64,000 bases of DNA from Chiloscyllium plagiosum (taxonomy: Eukaryota). Positions 50,354-61,330 of this stretch are shown one piece after another; within the stretch, counting starts at the first letter, position 1; every line of letters starts with the position of its first letter. A program made the translations under genes and the position numbers. Location of the stretch: assembly GCF_004010195.1 (NCBI RefSeq), contig NC_057725.1, positions 57,854,218 through 57,918,217 on the forward strand. The letters are read 5' to 3'. The notes below the pieces were generated by a model that saw only the letters and a program-made list of their open reading frames with translations, made no database searches and was not told where the DNA came from.

Positions 50354-50788
50354 TCATAGAGATGCACAGCACAGAAAGAGACCTTTCAGTCCAACTTGCC
50401 CATGCCAACCAGAAATCCTAAAATAATCTAGTCCCATTTGCCAGCACCCAGCCCATATCCCCCTAAACCCTTCCTATTCATATACCCATCCAAATGCCTT
50501 TTAAATGCTTTAATTGTACCAGCCTCCACCACTTCCTCTGGCAGCTCATTCCATACACGCAGCACCCTCTGCGTGTTAAAGTTGCCCCTTAGGTCCCTTT
50601 TAAATCTTACCCCTCTCACCCTAAACCCATTCCCTCTAGTTCTTGGCTCCCCCACCCCAGAGAAATGACCTTGTCTATTTACCCTATCCATACCCCTCAT
50701 GATTTCATAAACCGCTATAAGGTCACCTCTCAGCCTCCAATGCTCCAGAGAAAACAGCCCCAGCCTTTTCAACCTCTCCCTATTGCTT
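50354..50788 (-). mobile_element. HER1/CR1 LINE 3' fragment
   Basis: RLGLFSLEHWRLRGDLIAVYEIMRG...TQRVLRVWNELPEEVVEA. Confidence 0.88.
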
Positions 50789-52035
50789 AAAGATGATAAA
50801 TGAGCCCTGGTATTATACTAGGCTCTGAAAAGGTTAACAATGTCATAAATCCCAAACATTATCAGGAAAGCATATGACTGTGGGCAGAAGAACAAAGGAT
50901 GTTAAAGGAAGAAGACCTAACATCTGGTCTTCCTCAAAGACTCTGTAGAAAATTTATCACATCAATGTAACCTGTAACTAGCTGTTGAAATGCAGTAAAA
51001 TACATTTTGCTCACTAGTTAGGTCTGTTCAAACATACTAGACCAAATAAGTCTTGCAGTTTCTGCACTTAAAGAGGATAGTGCCGATAACTTGTGCGATG
51101 AATGGCTGCTCATACAGCATGGTGAGCTGACATGTCCATACAACATCAGAGAGGGGGATAATCTTTACTTGGATATTTTTGAACCAATGGAAGCGATAAA
51201 ACAGGGGTTGCAGTTGAAAACTAATCAAGTTTTCAAAATGTCAAAAAAAATGCAATGATGAGAGACAAGGACAACTGGGATGACTTAGCTGAGAATTATA
51301 CAAGCTGCATGACAATAATAAAATGTATTGGAGGGTTTCAATTTGCCTGGTCACATTACAGCAACATCTTCAATGAACCATTAAGCTGTTCTCCTCGTTT
51401 ATAAAACTAGAGTCAAACAGTGGTTTCCGGTTCCATATCTGCCAATTATTTAATTCTTGATGAGGCTTTTCTAAGTGTTCTTTAAAGTTCTCATGCTTGC
51501 TTTTAGCTTCTACCATGGCGACCTTGTCTCTTGTAGATCTTTGTGCTTTTGTCATGTACGTCTTGTATATTCCTGATTTTAATTACTCCCCATTGGCAGC
51601 CATGGCCTCATCTGCCCAGAGACTAAATGCTGGGATTCACTCTTTTAATTTCTTTGCCTGCTAATCTCACTCTCTCCTCCTTTAAGATGTTGTTTGAAAC
51701 CTTTTCTTAATTTTAGTTCCTTGTGGTAATAACTCCTTATATGACTTGCTGTCACATTTTGTTTGGCTTTCCTTTTGTGATGTACCATTTTATAACACTC
51801 AAAACAATATGTGAATGTAAACATCCGTTGTTTTAAAACAGTGGTCAACTGGAACTGAAATCCTTGGATGAGGAAGCAAATTAGAAGTAGATATTTTATT
51901 TAATTTAATGTAAATTCTCATACTTTTTCATTATCCAATTAAGTGCAAAGCTAATGCTACTTTCAAGTAATAATATAAGAATAAATGAGCAACTATATTG
52001 TAGTGGAGAAGTTAGGGCAGACAAATAAGGGCAGC

Positions 52036-52118
52036 ACAGCACCAGGGTCCCAGGTTCGATTCCAGCCTCGGGTGACTGTCTGTGTAGCATTTGTACACTC
52101 TCTCCGTGTCTGTGTGGA
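52036..52118 (+). mobile_element. HE1 SINE fragment
   Basis: CCAGGTTCGATTCCAGCCTCGGGTGACTGTCTGTGTAGCATTTGTACACTCTCTCCGTGTCTG. Confidence 0.7.
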
Positions 52119-52619
52119 TTGCACAGCCTCTTGTACACATAAATTCTTTAACCTTGGTAGACCTCGGTGGAGCTTGATTTGGCTGGCTCCACATAAATTC
52201 TGGGATACTGACTAAGCCCAAATAAAGACATTCCGCAAAATCCTCTGAGCCCCCAACAAGGATGATATTGAGATTATGTAGGTGGCACAAGGTTTTGGGA
52301 AGTCAATATGATAAACCTCGGAAGTAATAACACAGATCATAATTCAATGTCTAATGGATGACAAACCTCTCATGATAGCTATTGATAAGTTTCCTATTGC
52401 TAAGTGTAAAGCTTCCTGCTATTCTCTCTGTAAGCATGAATTTTTGAGAGAGACTCAGAGCTGCGATCAACTCTCTCTCTTTCCCAAGTTCAGCCACTCT
52501 GCCTGCAGTTTCCTTGTTAATAAAGACAGATTGTTTTGTTGGACTAAGTTTGATTGAACTTTTGTTGAATTTGTTTAGCTCTCAGGGTCCTATAGCTGTT
52601 TTCAATCCCTTCACCCCAC

Positions 52620-53150
52620 TCTGACATTTCAAACTCAGTCTTGAATATGTCCCAATGACACAGCCTCCACTGTAGAAGAGAATTCTAGACTAATGGTTCT
52701 CTGAAAGAACAAATTATTCCTCATCTTCATTTTAACAGACCCTATTTTAACCTGAGTGCCCTAGTTCTGAATTCCATTAGGAGGGGAAACATAATGTCAG
52801 CAATTACTCTAACAAACCCCATCAGAACTTTGTTTTCAACAAGGTCACATCTCATAATTCTAAACTCCCAGGGTAGGTGCTCAAATTTTCATCAAAGATA
52901 ACCCTTTATCCCAGTAATCAGCAAAGTAAATCTGCTTTGAACTGCTTTCAAGACAAGTAAATCCCAGCTAGGTAACGAGACAAAACAGTACAGAATACCA
53001 ATGCCATATTTGTGGCAAGACACCTTGACTTGTATAGTCCACCCATCTTGTAGTAGAAACCAATATTCCTTGTGCCTTCTTAATTATTTACTGTGCCTTC
53101 ATGTGACCGCTTTGTGATTCGTGTTCAACATACCCATATCTTTCTGCATT
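52620..53150 (-). mobile_element. Old CR1 LINE 3' relic
   Basis: Degenerate reverse CR1 C-terminus (CAATGACACAGCCTCCAC, TGCCCTAGTTCT, GAGACAAAACAGTACAGAATAC). Confidence 0.55.
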
Positions 53151-53309
53151 GCTACATTCTTGATATGAGAATTTAAATTGGATATGTATATTTTATACGT
53201 ATTTATTTTTTATGGTTCTCTAAACTACTCAAACCAATGACATTTTTGCTTTATTTTTTCTTATCTTCCTCCCCGGCTCCATCCCCAAATTGATACCTTC
53301 TGAAGATGA

Positions 53310-53589
53310 CATTCCCTACAGTGTGGAAATAGGCCATTTGGCCTAACAAGTCCACACTGACCCATTTCCCTCTGACTAATGCACCTAACACTATAGGTAA
53401 TTTTAGCATGGCCAATTCACCTGACACGCACATCTTTGGATTGTGGAAGGAAACCGGAGCACCCAGAGGAAACCCGCAGCAGACACAGGGAGAATGTGCA
53501 AACTCCACATAGATAGTTGCCTGTGGCGGGAATCAAAACCAGGTCCCTGGTGCTTGAGGCAGCAGCGCTAACCACTGAGCCACCGTGCC
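53310..53589 (-). mobile_element. HE1 SINE
   Basis: GGAGAATGTGCAAACTCCAC...GCGCTAACCACTGAGCCACCGTGCC. Confidence 0.88.
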
Positions 53590-53819
53590 GAAGATACAAG
53601 AGGCTGTGCAATCTTGTAGCTTTATTCTCTTAGTAAGTACTTGGGATCTCAACATTTGTCTACATTTAAAAAAGCTAACTGGTCCTTAGACAGGCCATAA
53701 ACATAAAGCCAGCGGCCTGGTCTGATATCATAATTAGGCTTCTGTAACTGCCATTATTTAAGTCCCTAGGTTTAGACTTACAATTCTCATCTGTGAAATA
53801 CTACCTTGTTGTGAACTAA

Positions 53820-54610
53820 AACAGAAAGATAGAAATTGCTAGGGAAACTAAGCAGTTCTGGCGGCATCAGTGGAGAGACATCAGAGACAAACTTTTGGGT
53901 TCAGTGACCCTTCTTCAGAACTGTAGCTAGACAAAGGTCGGTTTATATACACTACTGAAGATGGGGTGGGCGAAGTAGAGGGCGATAATGTAAAGGAGTA
54001 ATTGATGAGTGGAAATAGAGCCCAGATGGAGAGAAAAAGTTAGGCAGACAAAGGGATTAATAATGTAAGCCAAGGAGAAAGAAGAGCTGATAGTGGGCAA
54101 AGTGAGTAGGGGAGAATGGGTTGGCTGTGCTGAAAGCAAACCACACCATCATTGGGCCTGGGATGTGGGGATGGGGAAAGGACTTGGAAGAAGCAGTCCA
54201 GGCCCAAAAATTATTGACCTTAATATTGAGTCCTGAAGGCTGCAAGGTGCCCCACTGGCAAACGAGATTTGGTTCTTCCAGCCTGCATTGAACCTCGGTG
54301 CTGCAGGCCCGATATAGAAATGCTGGCATAGGAACACAGTGGTGCACTGACGGACAGGCAACTGGAAGCCAGGTCATTTTTATGAACAGAATGTAGATAT
54401 TCTACAAAGCTGTCACCCAGCCTCCCAAAGTAAAGATCACATGGTGAGGGCTAGATTGAGTGCAGAGCAGGTAAACAGCCTCCTCATCTGGAATGTGTGA
54501 CAGGAGCCTTGGTGCCTGCTCTCTACAGATGCAGTCAGGCCTGCTGAGTTTCTCCAGCAACTTCTGTTACTGCTTCAGATTTCCAGCATCCACAGTTCTT
54601 TGTTTTATTT
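53820..54610 (-). mobile_element. Penelope-like element (family C): GIY-YIG C-terminal relic between opposed pseudo-LTRs
   Basis: Minus peptide QCRLEEPNLVCQWGTLQPSGLNIKVNNF (PLE C-terminus); pseudo-LTRs at about 53820-53922 and, inverted, 54518-54610. Confidence 0.8.
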
Positions 54611-55111
54611 TCATGTTATAATCACTTTTACCTGGAGGACCATTGACTGTGAGATTCTAAATTAATTCTTTACCGTTACACATTACTAACTGTTCCCTGG
54701 TTGGTTCAAGGTGCATTGTTCTGAGGAACTGTTCCAAATACACCTAAGAAAATTCTGCTTGAGGTTCTTCACTAATATTGTCTAATCTATGGGGATTTAA
54801 ATCACATCAATCATTGCCATGCCTTTCATACAAATCCCAACTACTTCTTGATAGAAACAGCATCATGCAATGTAACTATCTATTGTTAGGGAATCTATAA
54901 CCTACTTTCACAATTGACTTCTTTCATTTACAATTCCTTATCCATACCAAACTGATTCTATAACTTGGTTTTTTGTACCAAGATCAGTTATCACTTACGG
55001 ATTGATCTTATTTTTTTGTTCATAAATTTAACCCAACACCCTTTCCTTCTTCCCTGTTGATCCAAAACATCAGATATCCATGAACAGTCAGGTCTCAGCC
55101 TTTCCTAGGAC

Positions 55112-56220
55112 TTAGAATCCCTACAATGTAGAAATGGGCCCTTCAGCCTAACAAGTGTGGACAAGTGTGAGGTGATACACTTTGGACGGAGTAATCGGAA
55201 TGCAAAGTACCAGGCTAATGGTAAGATTCTTGGGAGTGCAGATTAGCAGAGAGATCTCGATGTCCATGTACACAGATCCCTGAAAGATGCCACCTAGATT
55301 GACAGGGTTGTTAAGAAGGCATACAATGTTTTGGCCTTTATTAATAGAGGGATTGAGTTCCGGAACCAGGAGGTTATGCTGCAGCTGTACAAAGCTCTGG
55401 TACAGCCACACTAGGAGTATTGTGTACAGTTCTGGTCACCGCATTATAAGAAGGATGTGGAAGCTTTGGAAAGGGTGCAGAGGAGATTTACTAGGATGTT
55501 GCCTGGTATGGAAGGAATGTCTTACGAGGAAAGGCTGAGGACCTTGAGGCTGTCCTCGTTAGAGAGAAGGTTGAGATGAGGACCTTGAGGCTGTCCTCGT
55601 TAGAGAGAAGGTTGAGAGGTGACTTAATAGAGACATACAAGGTAATCAGAGGATTAGATAGGGTGGACAGGGAGAGCCTTTTTCCAAGTATGGGGAGGCA
55701 AACACGAGGGGACACAACTTTAAAGTGAGGGGAGATAGGTATAAGACAGATGTCAGAGGTAGTTTCTTTACTCTGAGAGTAGTAAGGGTATGGAATGCTT
55801 TGCCTGCAACGGTAGTAGATTCGCCAAGTTTAAGTGCATTTAAGTCGTCATTGGACAGGCATATGGACGTACATGAAATAGTGTAGGTGGGTTGGGCTTC
55901 AGATTAGTATGACAGGGCGGCGCAACATCGAGGGCTGAAGGGCCTGTATTGCAGGGTAATATTCTATGCTCTATGTTCTAAGTCCACACTGACCCTCTCT
56001 TATTTCTCTACATTTCCTCTGACTAATGCACCTAACACTATGGGCAATTTAGCATGGCCAACCCATCTAAGCTGCACATCTTTGGACTGTGGGAGGAAAC
56101 CCACACAGACACGGGGAGAATGTATAAACTTTACACAGACAGTTGCCCGAGGCTGGAATCAAATCTGGGTCCCTGGCATTGTGAGGCAGTAGTGCTAACC
56201 ACTGAGCCACCGTGTTGCCC
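55112..56220 (-). mobile_element. HE1 SINE split by a CR1 insertion (parts about 55112-55156 and 55981-56220)
   Basis: CCTAACAAGT|...|AAGTCCACACTGACCC rejoins to the HE1 sequence seen at 53340-53365. Confidence 0.8.
55157..55979 (+). mobile_element. CR1 LINE 3' portion, (TCTATGT)n-tail family, with an internal 41-bp tandem duplication
   Basis: DKCEVIHFG...EYCVQFWSPHYKKDVEALERVQRRFTRMLPG; 55536-55576 is identical to 55577-55617. Confidence 0.9.
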
Positions 56221-56844
56221 GTCTCTTTGCCTGTCATGAATCAGGTTGATGTCCTCAGTGCTACCAGTGTGGCACTGTGTAGTTCTCAGAATTGACATTC
56301 CACTCTACTTTCTCTTTCTGGTTGACCCAGTATCTTGTTTCCATATTACTTTCTTTAAGTCAGCAAAAGTAAACTCTTCCTTCCACACCAGCCTTAAATT
56401 AGCAGAGCACTTTTCTTTGCTGCTACACAGTAATGTGGACAACAGATTGACAGTTACTATGTTGTCAAAAATATCCACAATGGAGTTGAAATGGGTGGTA
56501 AATCAGGCTACGATAAGCTGTGCGCTTGGTGAAAAGTTTGTATTTTTTTCATGTATGATGTCCCCTTTAAGGCTAAAGTGAAACTGGGGAGTATTCTGAA
56601 ACAGGGTTAATTAGTTCCCTGATTATGACATTGCTAGTTTCCAACAAATGCCCATGTGAAATTCAGAACACACATTTTGTGAGTGAAAGATCATAAGAGT
56701 TAGAAACAGGAATAGGTCAACTGGCCCATTGAGCCTGAACTTGATCAAAAGTTAAGCTACCAAAAGGTAATTGCAACATTGTCTGATCCCAGCTTGTCTG
56801 GTGACTGGCAGTTCAGAATTACATGTGAAAGGAAGTTCGTAACA

Positions 56845-57445
56845 AGATCATAAGATATATGAGTAAATGTGGGCCATTCCACTCATTGAGCCTGTTCTTT
56901 CATTCAGTAACATCATGGCTGATGCGGCTGTGGCCTTAACTCCTCTCCTGCACCTTCCCCATAACTTTTAACTTCTGTATCAATCAAAAATCTATCTAAC
57001 CCAGTGCCTAGAGCTATTTGTGGAAGAGAGCTCAAAAGACTAAAACCGTTTGAGAGAAGATATTTCTCATCTAAATATTAAATGGAAGATTCTCTATTTT
57101 GATCTGTACTCCCCAGTTCTAGACTCCCCAAGATAGGAAGAATCCTTGAAGTTTCTACTCTGAGAAGCTTCCTTACATGTTTCAAAAAGATCATGTCTCA
57201 CTTTTCCAACCCAATTAATCTTTCCTTATAAGTAAACCCCTTCAACCCAGGGTTAGGCCCAGTCAAGCTCCTCTAAAATGCTTCCCAAGCAATTATATCA
57301 TTCCCTATGTAATGAGAACAAAACTGTACACAATACTCAAAAATAAGTTGCAAAATTGCTCTGAACAGTTTCACAAAGCCTTCCTTACATTTATACGTCA
57401 TCCCCCGCACAATTAAGGTCAACGTTCTGCTTGCCTTCCTAACCA
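56845..57445 (-). mobile_element. Old CR1 LINE 3' portion
   Basis: Minus peptide IFEYCVQFCSHY; tail CATAAGATATATGAG..GGCCATTC. Confidence 0.7.
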
Positions 57446-57703
57446 CTCTGGAGTAACGAGACATCAGCAGAATGTATGAAATTAATTAAATTTACTAATA
57501 ATGTTAGTGCTACATGTTGACATAGTTGGGACTGAAAGGCAACAAATGTTTTACCAAAATATTAATAGAATATTTGTGTCATTTAAGCTGTAAATAAAGT
57601 TTATTTTTAATGGAAAACACTCAGGACTTAAAAAACAGTACTGGGAGTACTACCAATCCTATCACAGTTAAATCCCATACACACAATAAAATGGCTGCTT
57701 GGT

Positions 57704-58022
57704 GGGCGGCATGGTGGCACAGTGGTTAGCACTGCTGCCTCACAGCGCCAGAGACCCGGGTTCAATTCCCGCCTCAGGCGACTGACTGTGTGGAGTTTGC
57801 ACGTTCTCCCCGTGTCTGCGTGGGTTTCCTCCGGGTTCTCCGGTTTTCTCCCACCATCCAAAAGATGTGCAGGGTCAGGTGAATTGGCTATACTAAATTG
57901 CCCGTAGTGTTAGGTAAGGGGTAAATGTAGGGGTTTGGGTGGATTTCGCTTCGGCGGGTCGGTGTGGACTTGTTGGGCCGAAGGGCCTGTTTCCACACTG
58001 TAATCTAACCTAATCTAATCTA
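57704..58022 (+). mobile_element. HE1 SINE (young)
   Basis: GGGCGGCATGGTGGCACAGTGGTTAGC...GGTTCAATTCC...GGCCGAAGGGCCTGTTTCCACACTGTAATCTAACCTAATCTAATCTAA. Confidence 0.92.
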
Positions 58023-58065
58023 ACTTCTATGAAGCAAGCAATGCTCTCCATGAATGGATCAGATA

Positions 58066-58186
58066 GGAGAAAGTGAGGACTGCAGATGCTAGAGATCAGA
58101 GTCGAACAGTATGGTGTTGGAAAAGCCCAGCCGGTCAGGAAGGAGCAGGAGAGTCGACATTTCAGGTATAAGCCCTTCATCAGGAA
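58066..58186 (-). mobile_element. Solo family A pseudo-LTR
   Basis: GGAGAAAGTGAGGACTGCAGATGCTAGAGATCAGAGTCG...AAGCCCTTCATCAGGAA. Confidence 0.8.
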
Positions 58187-58207
58187 CAGATGTCTGTTTG
58201 ATGACAA

Positions 58208-58416
58208 AGTTAAAAATTACACAAAACCAGGTTATAGTCCAACAGATTTAGTTGGAAGCACTAGCTTTTGCAGCGCTGCTCCCTCAGGTGGTTGTGGTTA
58301 AAGAAGCAGCGCTCCGAAAGCTAGTACTTCTAATTAAACCTGTTGGACTATAGCCTGGTGTTGTGTGATTTTAAACTTTGTACACCCCAGTCCAACACCA
58401 GCATCTCCAAATCATT
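58208..58416. mobile_element. Inverted-repeat dimer of family B pseudo-LTR with 11-bp TSD
   Basis: Opposed arms centred at about 58295; TTTGATGACAA at 58197-58207 and 58417-58427. Confidence 0.88.
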
Positions 58417-58492
58417 TTTGATGACAATATGACATGTCTCAGAATTGATCTCAGAATAGATCTTGGTACTGAAGCAGAACTCTGGGTACTGT

Positions 58493-59377
58493 CGTTATGA
58501 TCCCAGCTGATATTATTACTGGATAAGTCAGATCCCAGATTGAAATCTGGTTTGATCGGCCATTTTTATTTCAGATTTACCAAGGGGATATCTCACTGAA
58601 ACAAAGGCACACTACAGGTTAGATTCTGACAATAAAACTAAAGCAAATGAAGTGAAGATAAAATAGAATAATCCAAACTATTTTCATATAACACAAACTT
58701 GCAGATTTAGAAATGCAATAAGAAACAATACCATTAATTCCAAAAAAAGTACCTACAGAGATATGCATCTTCTCTGTCACCTCTATAGGGCATCAAAGGT
58801 GACTTCAACTTTTAGTCTCAAGAATCTGATAGCCTCTTCCTGAAGCCTTCCTACCTAGAGATTAAACTTTCTTAATTTCAAATAACTCCTTCAGCGCTTT
58901 AGCCAATCACTTCTGATTTGGAACTACTACTGTGCTCCTTATATTGAAGTAATGTATTGTTTAACAATTTTGAACAATCTTTTCCCTTTCTCATGATCAA
59001 CTGCTTTATACATTTTTTTTCAGCTAAGAACCCTACAGAATTGCCTAAGCTGAAACAAAAACAGAAAGATTTCTCTCAAAGTTATGGATGTTCCCCCGAA
59101 ACTAAACAAAAACTCCAAAATCTTTCACCTGAAAGCTTAATGTGCTACACTGTACACTTTGTTTGCATGTAAACTCTCCCAATGTAAACAAAATTCCATT
59201 AGTTACTGGAAGCTGTTTTAAAATAAGTCATCTTGGCTGAAGAAATACTTCGAAGTTAATAGGCCCCTTCACAGAAAATAGGCCCTGATAGACAGAAAAT
59301 TCCATATGCTACTCATTCAAAACTTAAAAGTTCATCTGAAAAATAAGTGGTACAAATACACCACACTTCATACAACA
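58493..59377. mobile_element. Probable solo LTR (885 bp)
   Basis: Ends CGTTATGA...TCATACAACA form an imperfect TG..CA inverted terminus; 4-bp CTGT on both flanks (58489-58492, 59378-59381). Confidence 0.5.
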
Positions 59378-60297
59378 CTGTGCATATTATGAAGTTGGAA
59401 AGGACAGAGAGCTGAAGACAGGAAAACAGGGCTGTGGATTAGACAAGAACCACTTTGCTCTTCCAGTTTGTCCAGAGCCCATCAGGTCAATTAAAGGAAT
59501 CAAAGAAATGGGACTCTGGGGTTCTTTCTCATCAGGAGTGCCATTGCACGAGTGACAAATGGCTCTTAGATGAACACCTTTTTGGTGTGAACTGTGCCCG
59601 TGGACTTTGGATGGAATACAGTTACTGGTGAATGCAACTCAAGAGCTTAAACGATTGACTGAAAGTGAGAGATTCTATGTAGAGCAGGACAAGTGGAAAA
59701 ATTGAGATTGCGTTTAGTGCCATGTTTGTGTGAGAAGGAATGCAATTGCTTGTGATAACATGAGGTGAACCTTTGATGTATCGCATGCTCAAAGTGAAAA
59801 TATACATTCTTATTTGAAATATCTTTTGGCAGCTATTGAATGTTTGAATTATATTTATTTTTTGTGGTTCATTTCAGTATAAGTTTTAAAATGTGAAAAC
59901 TTGTCCATTGAATTTTATTTCATTGGTGTCATGGGGATTGCTTTCTTATAAAGTTGTCAGTTTCTGTGAGGATCACATCACGAACTAATATCATTTCAAA
60001 ACAAGTTATTAATACATTAGAGTCTCCAGAAAAATGCTTCTCCATACATTTTATTTCAGTTCATTTGCCGCCGTTTTCATTTAGTGTGCTGGTCTCATGT
60101 GCTTTGTTTGTATTCTCTTAGCAATATAGGAAGAATTCATGATTATACATCAATGCACTGTGTTCTATCAATTGACATAGTTGCATAACACTACATGTTT
60201 TGAGAATAAAGTAGTTTGTCATTGGTGGGGGAAAGGAAACAAGTGATCAAAGTTATCTTTGATATTATATGTTTCCTTTGGACCTTTGAAACCAAGA

Positions 60298-60850
60298 TCC
60301 TTTATAAAATGCTAGTGCAGCCACGCGTGGAATATTGTGTACAGTTCTGGTCGCCCCATTACAGGAAGGATGTGGAAGCATTGGAAAAGGTGCAGAGGAA
60401 ATTTACCAGGATGTTGCCTGGTCTGGAGGGAAGGTCTTATGAGGAAAGGCTGAGAGACTTGGATCTGTTCTCATTGGAAAGAAGAAAGCTAAGGCGGGAT
60501 TTGATAGAGACATACAAGATGATCAGAGGATTAGATAGGGTAGACAGTGAAAAACGTTTTCCTAGGATGATGATGTCAGCTTGTACGAGGGGGCATAACT
60601 ACAAATTGATGGGTGATAGATCTAAGACAGATGACAGAGGCAGGTTCTTTATGCAGAAAGCGGTAAGGGCTTGGAATGCCCTACCTGCTAATGTGTCAAC
60701 TCAGCCACATTAGGGAGATTTAATAGATAAGCACATGGATGATTTTGGGATAGTGTAGGGGAACGAGCTGAGAATAGTTCACAGATCAACACAGCATCGA
60801 GGGCCGAACGGCCTGTTCTGCACTGTATTATTCTATGTTCTATGTTCTAT
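60298..60850 (+). mobile_element. CR1 LINE 3' portion, (TCTATGT)n tail
   Basis: LYKMLVQPRVEYCVQFWSPHYRKDVEALEKVQRKFTRMLPG...AWNALP; tail TTCTATGTTCTATGTTCTAT. Confidence 0.9.
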
Positions 60851-60959
60851 AACCTACTGTTCCTCAATTGAATATGCTTCCACTCCCTTCATTTCTCATA
60901 AGAACTCTATTCAAATTTTCAAGTTGCTCCACCTCTACCTGTTCTAGAAATCCAATTTT

Positions 60960-61330
60960 CTAAACATGCAATGTTTTCCTGTGCCCTCAAACAAGAAACC
61001 TCCTCTACTATATATGACAGGATCCTCAACTATATACATTCTATTTCCCATTCTCTGCTCTTAATCTTTCTTGCTCCTTCCAAGAATTACACTAGGATTC
61101 CCCTTATCCTCACCTTTCACCCACCACACTCCATATTCAACAGATTACACTCTGCTATATCTGCCACCTCTAAAGTAATGCCACCAGCCCTTTGTTTTCC
61201 CTCTCATCACTTTGGAGGCGTTAGCTTCTTCACAGTACTCTTGCAGAATCATAAATGACCACAATATCTCTCCCTTTGCATTGACATTTTCCCATAAATG
61301 TCCACCTCTCCCTTTGCAACACTCAAGGCT
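60960..61330 (+). mobile_element. Old Penelope-like ORF relic
   Basis: RIPLILTFHP motif and a following segment resembling 43450-43680. Confidence 0.5.

Noticed and set aside
51059-51121. Possible exon (TTGCAG ... ATG/GTGAGC)
   Set aside because: Poor acceptor context and an unrecognisable translation; it cannot be supported without transcript data.
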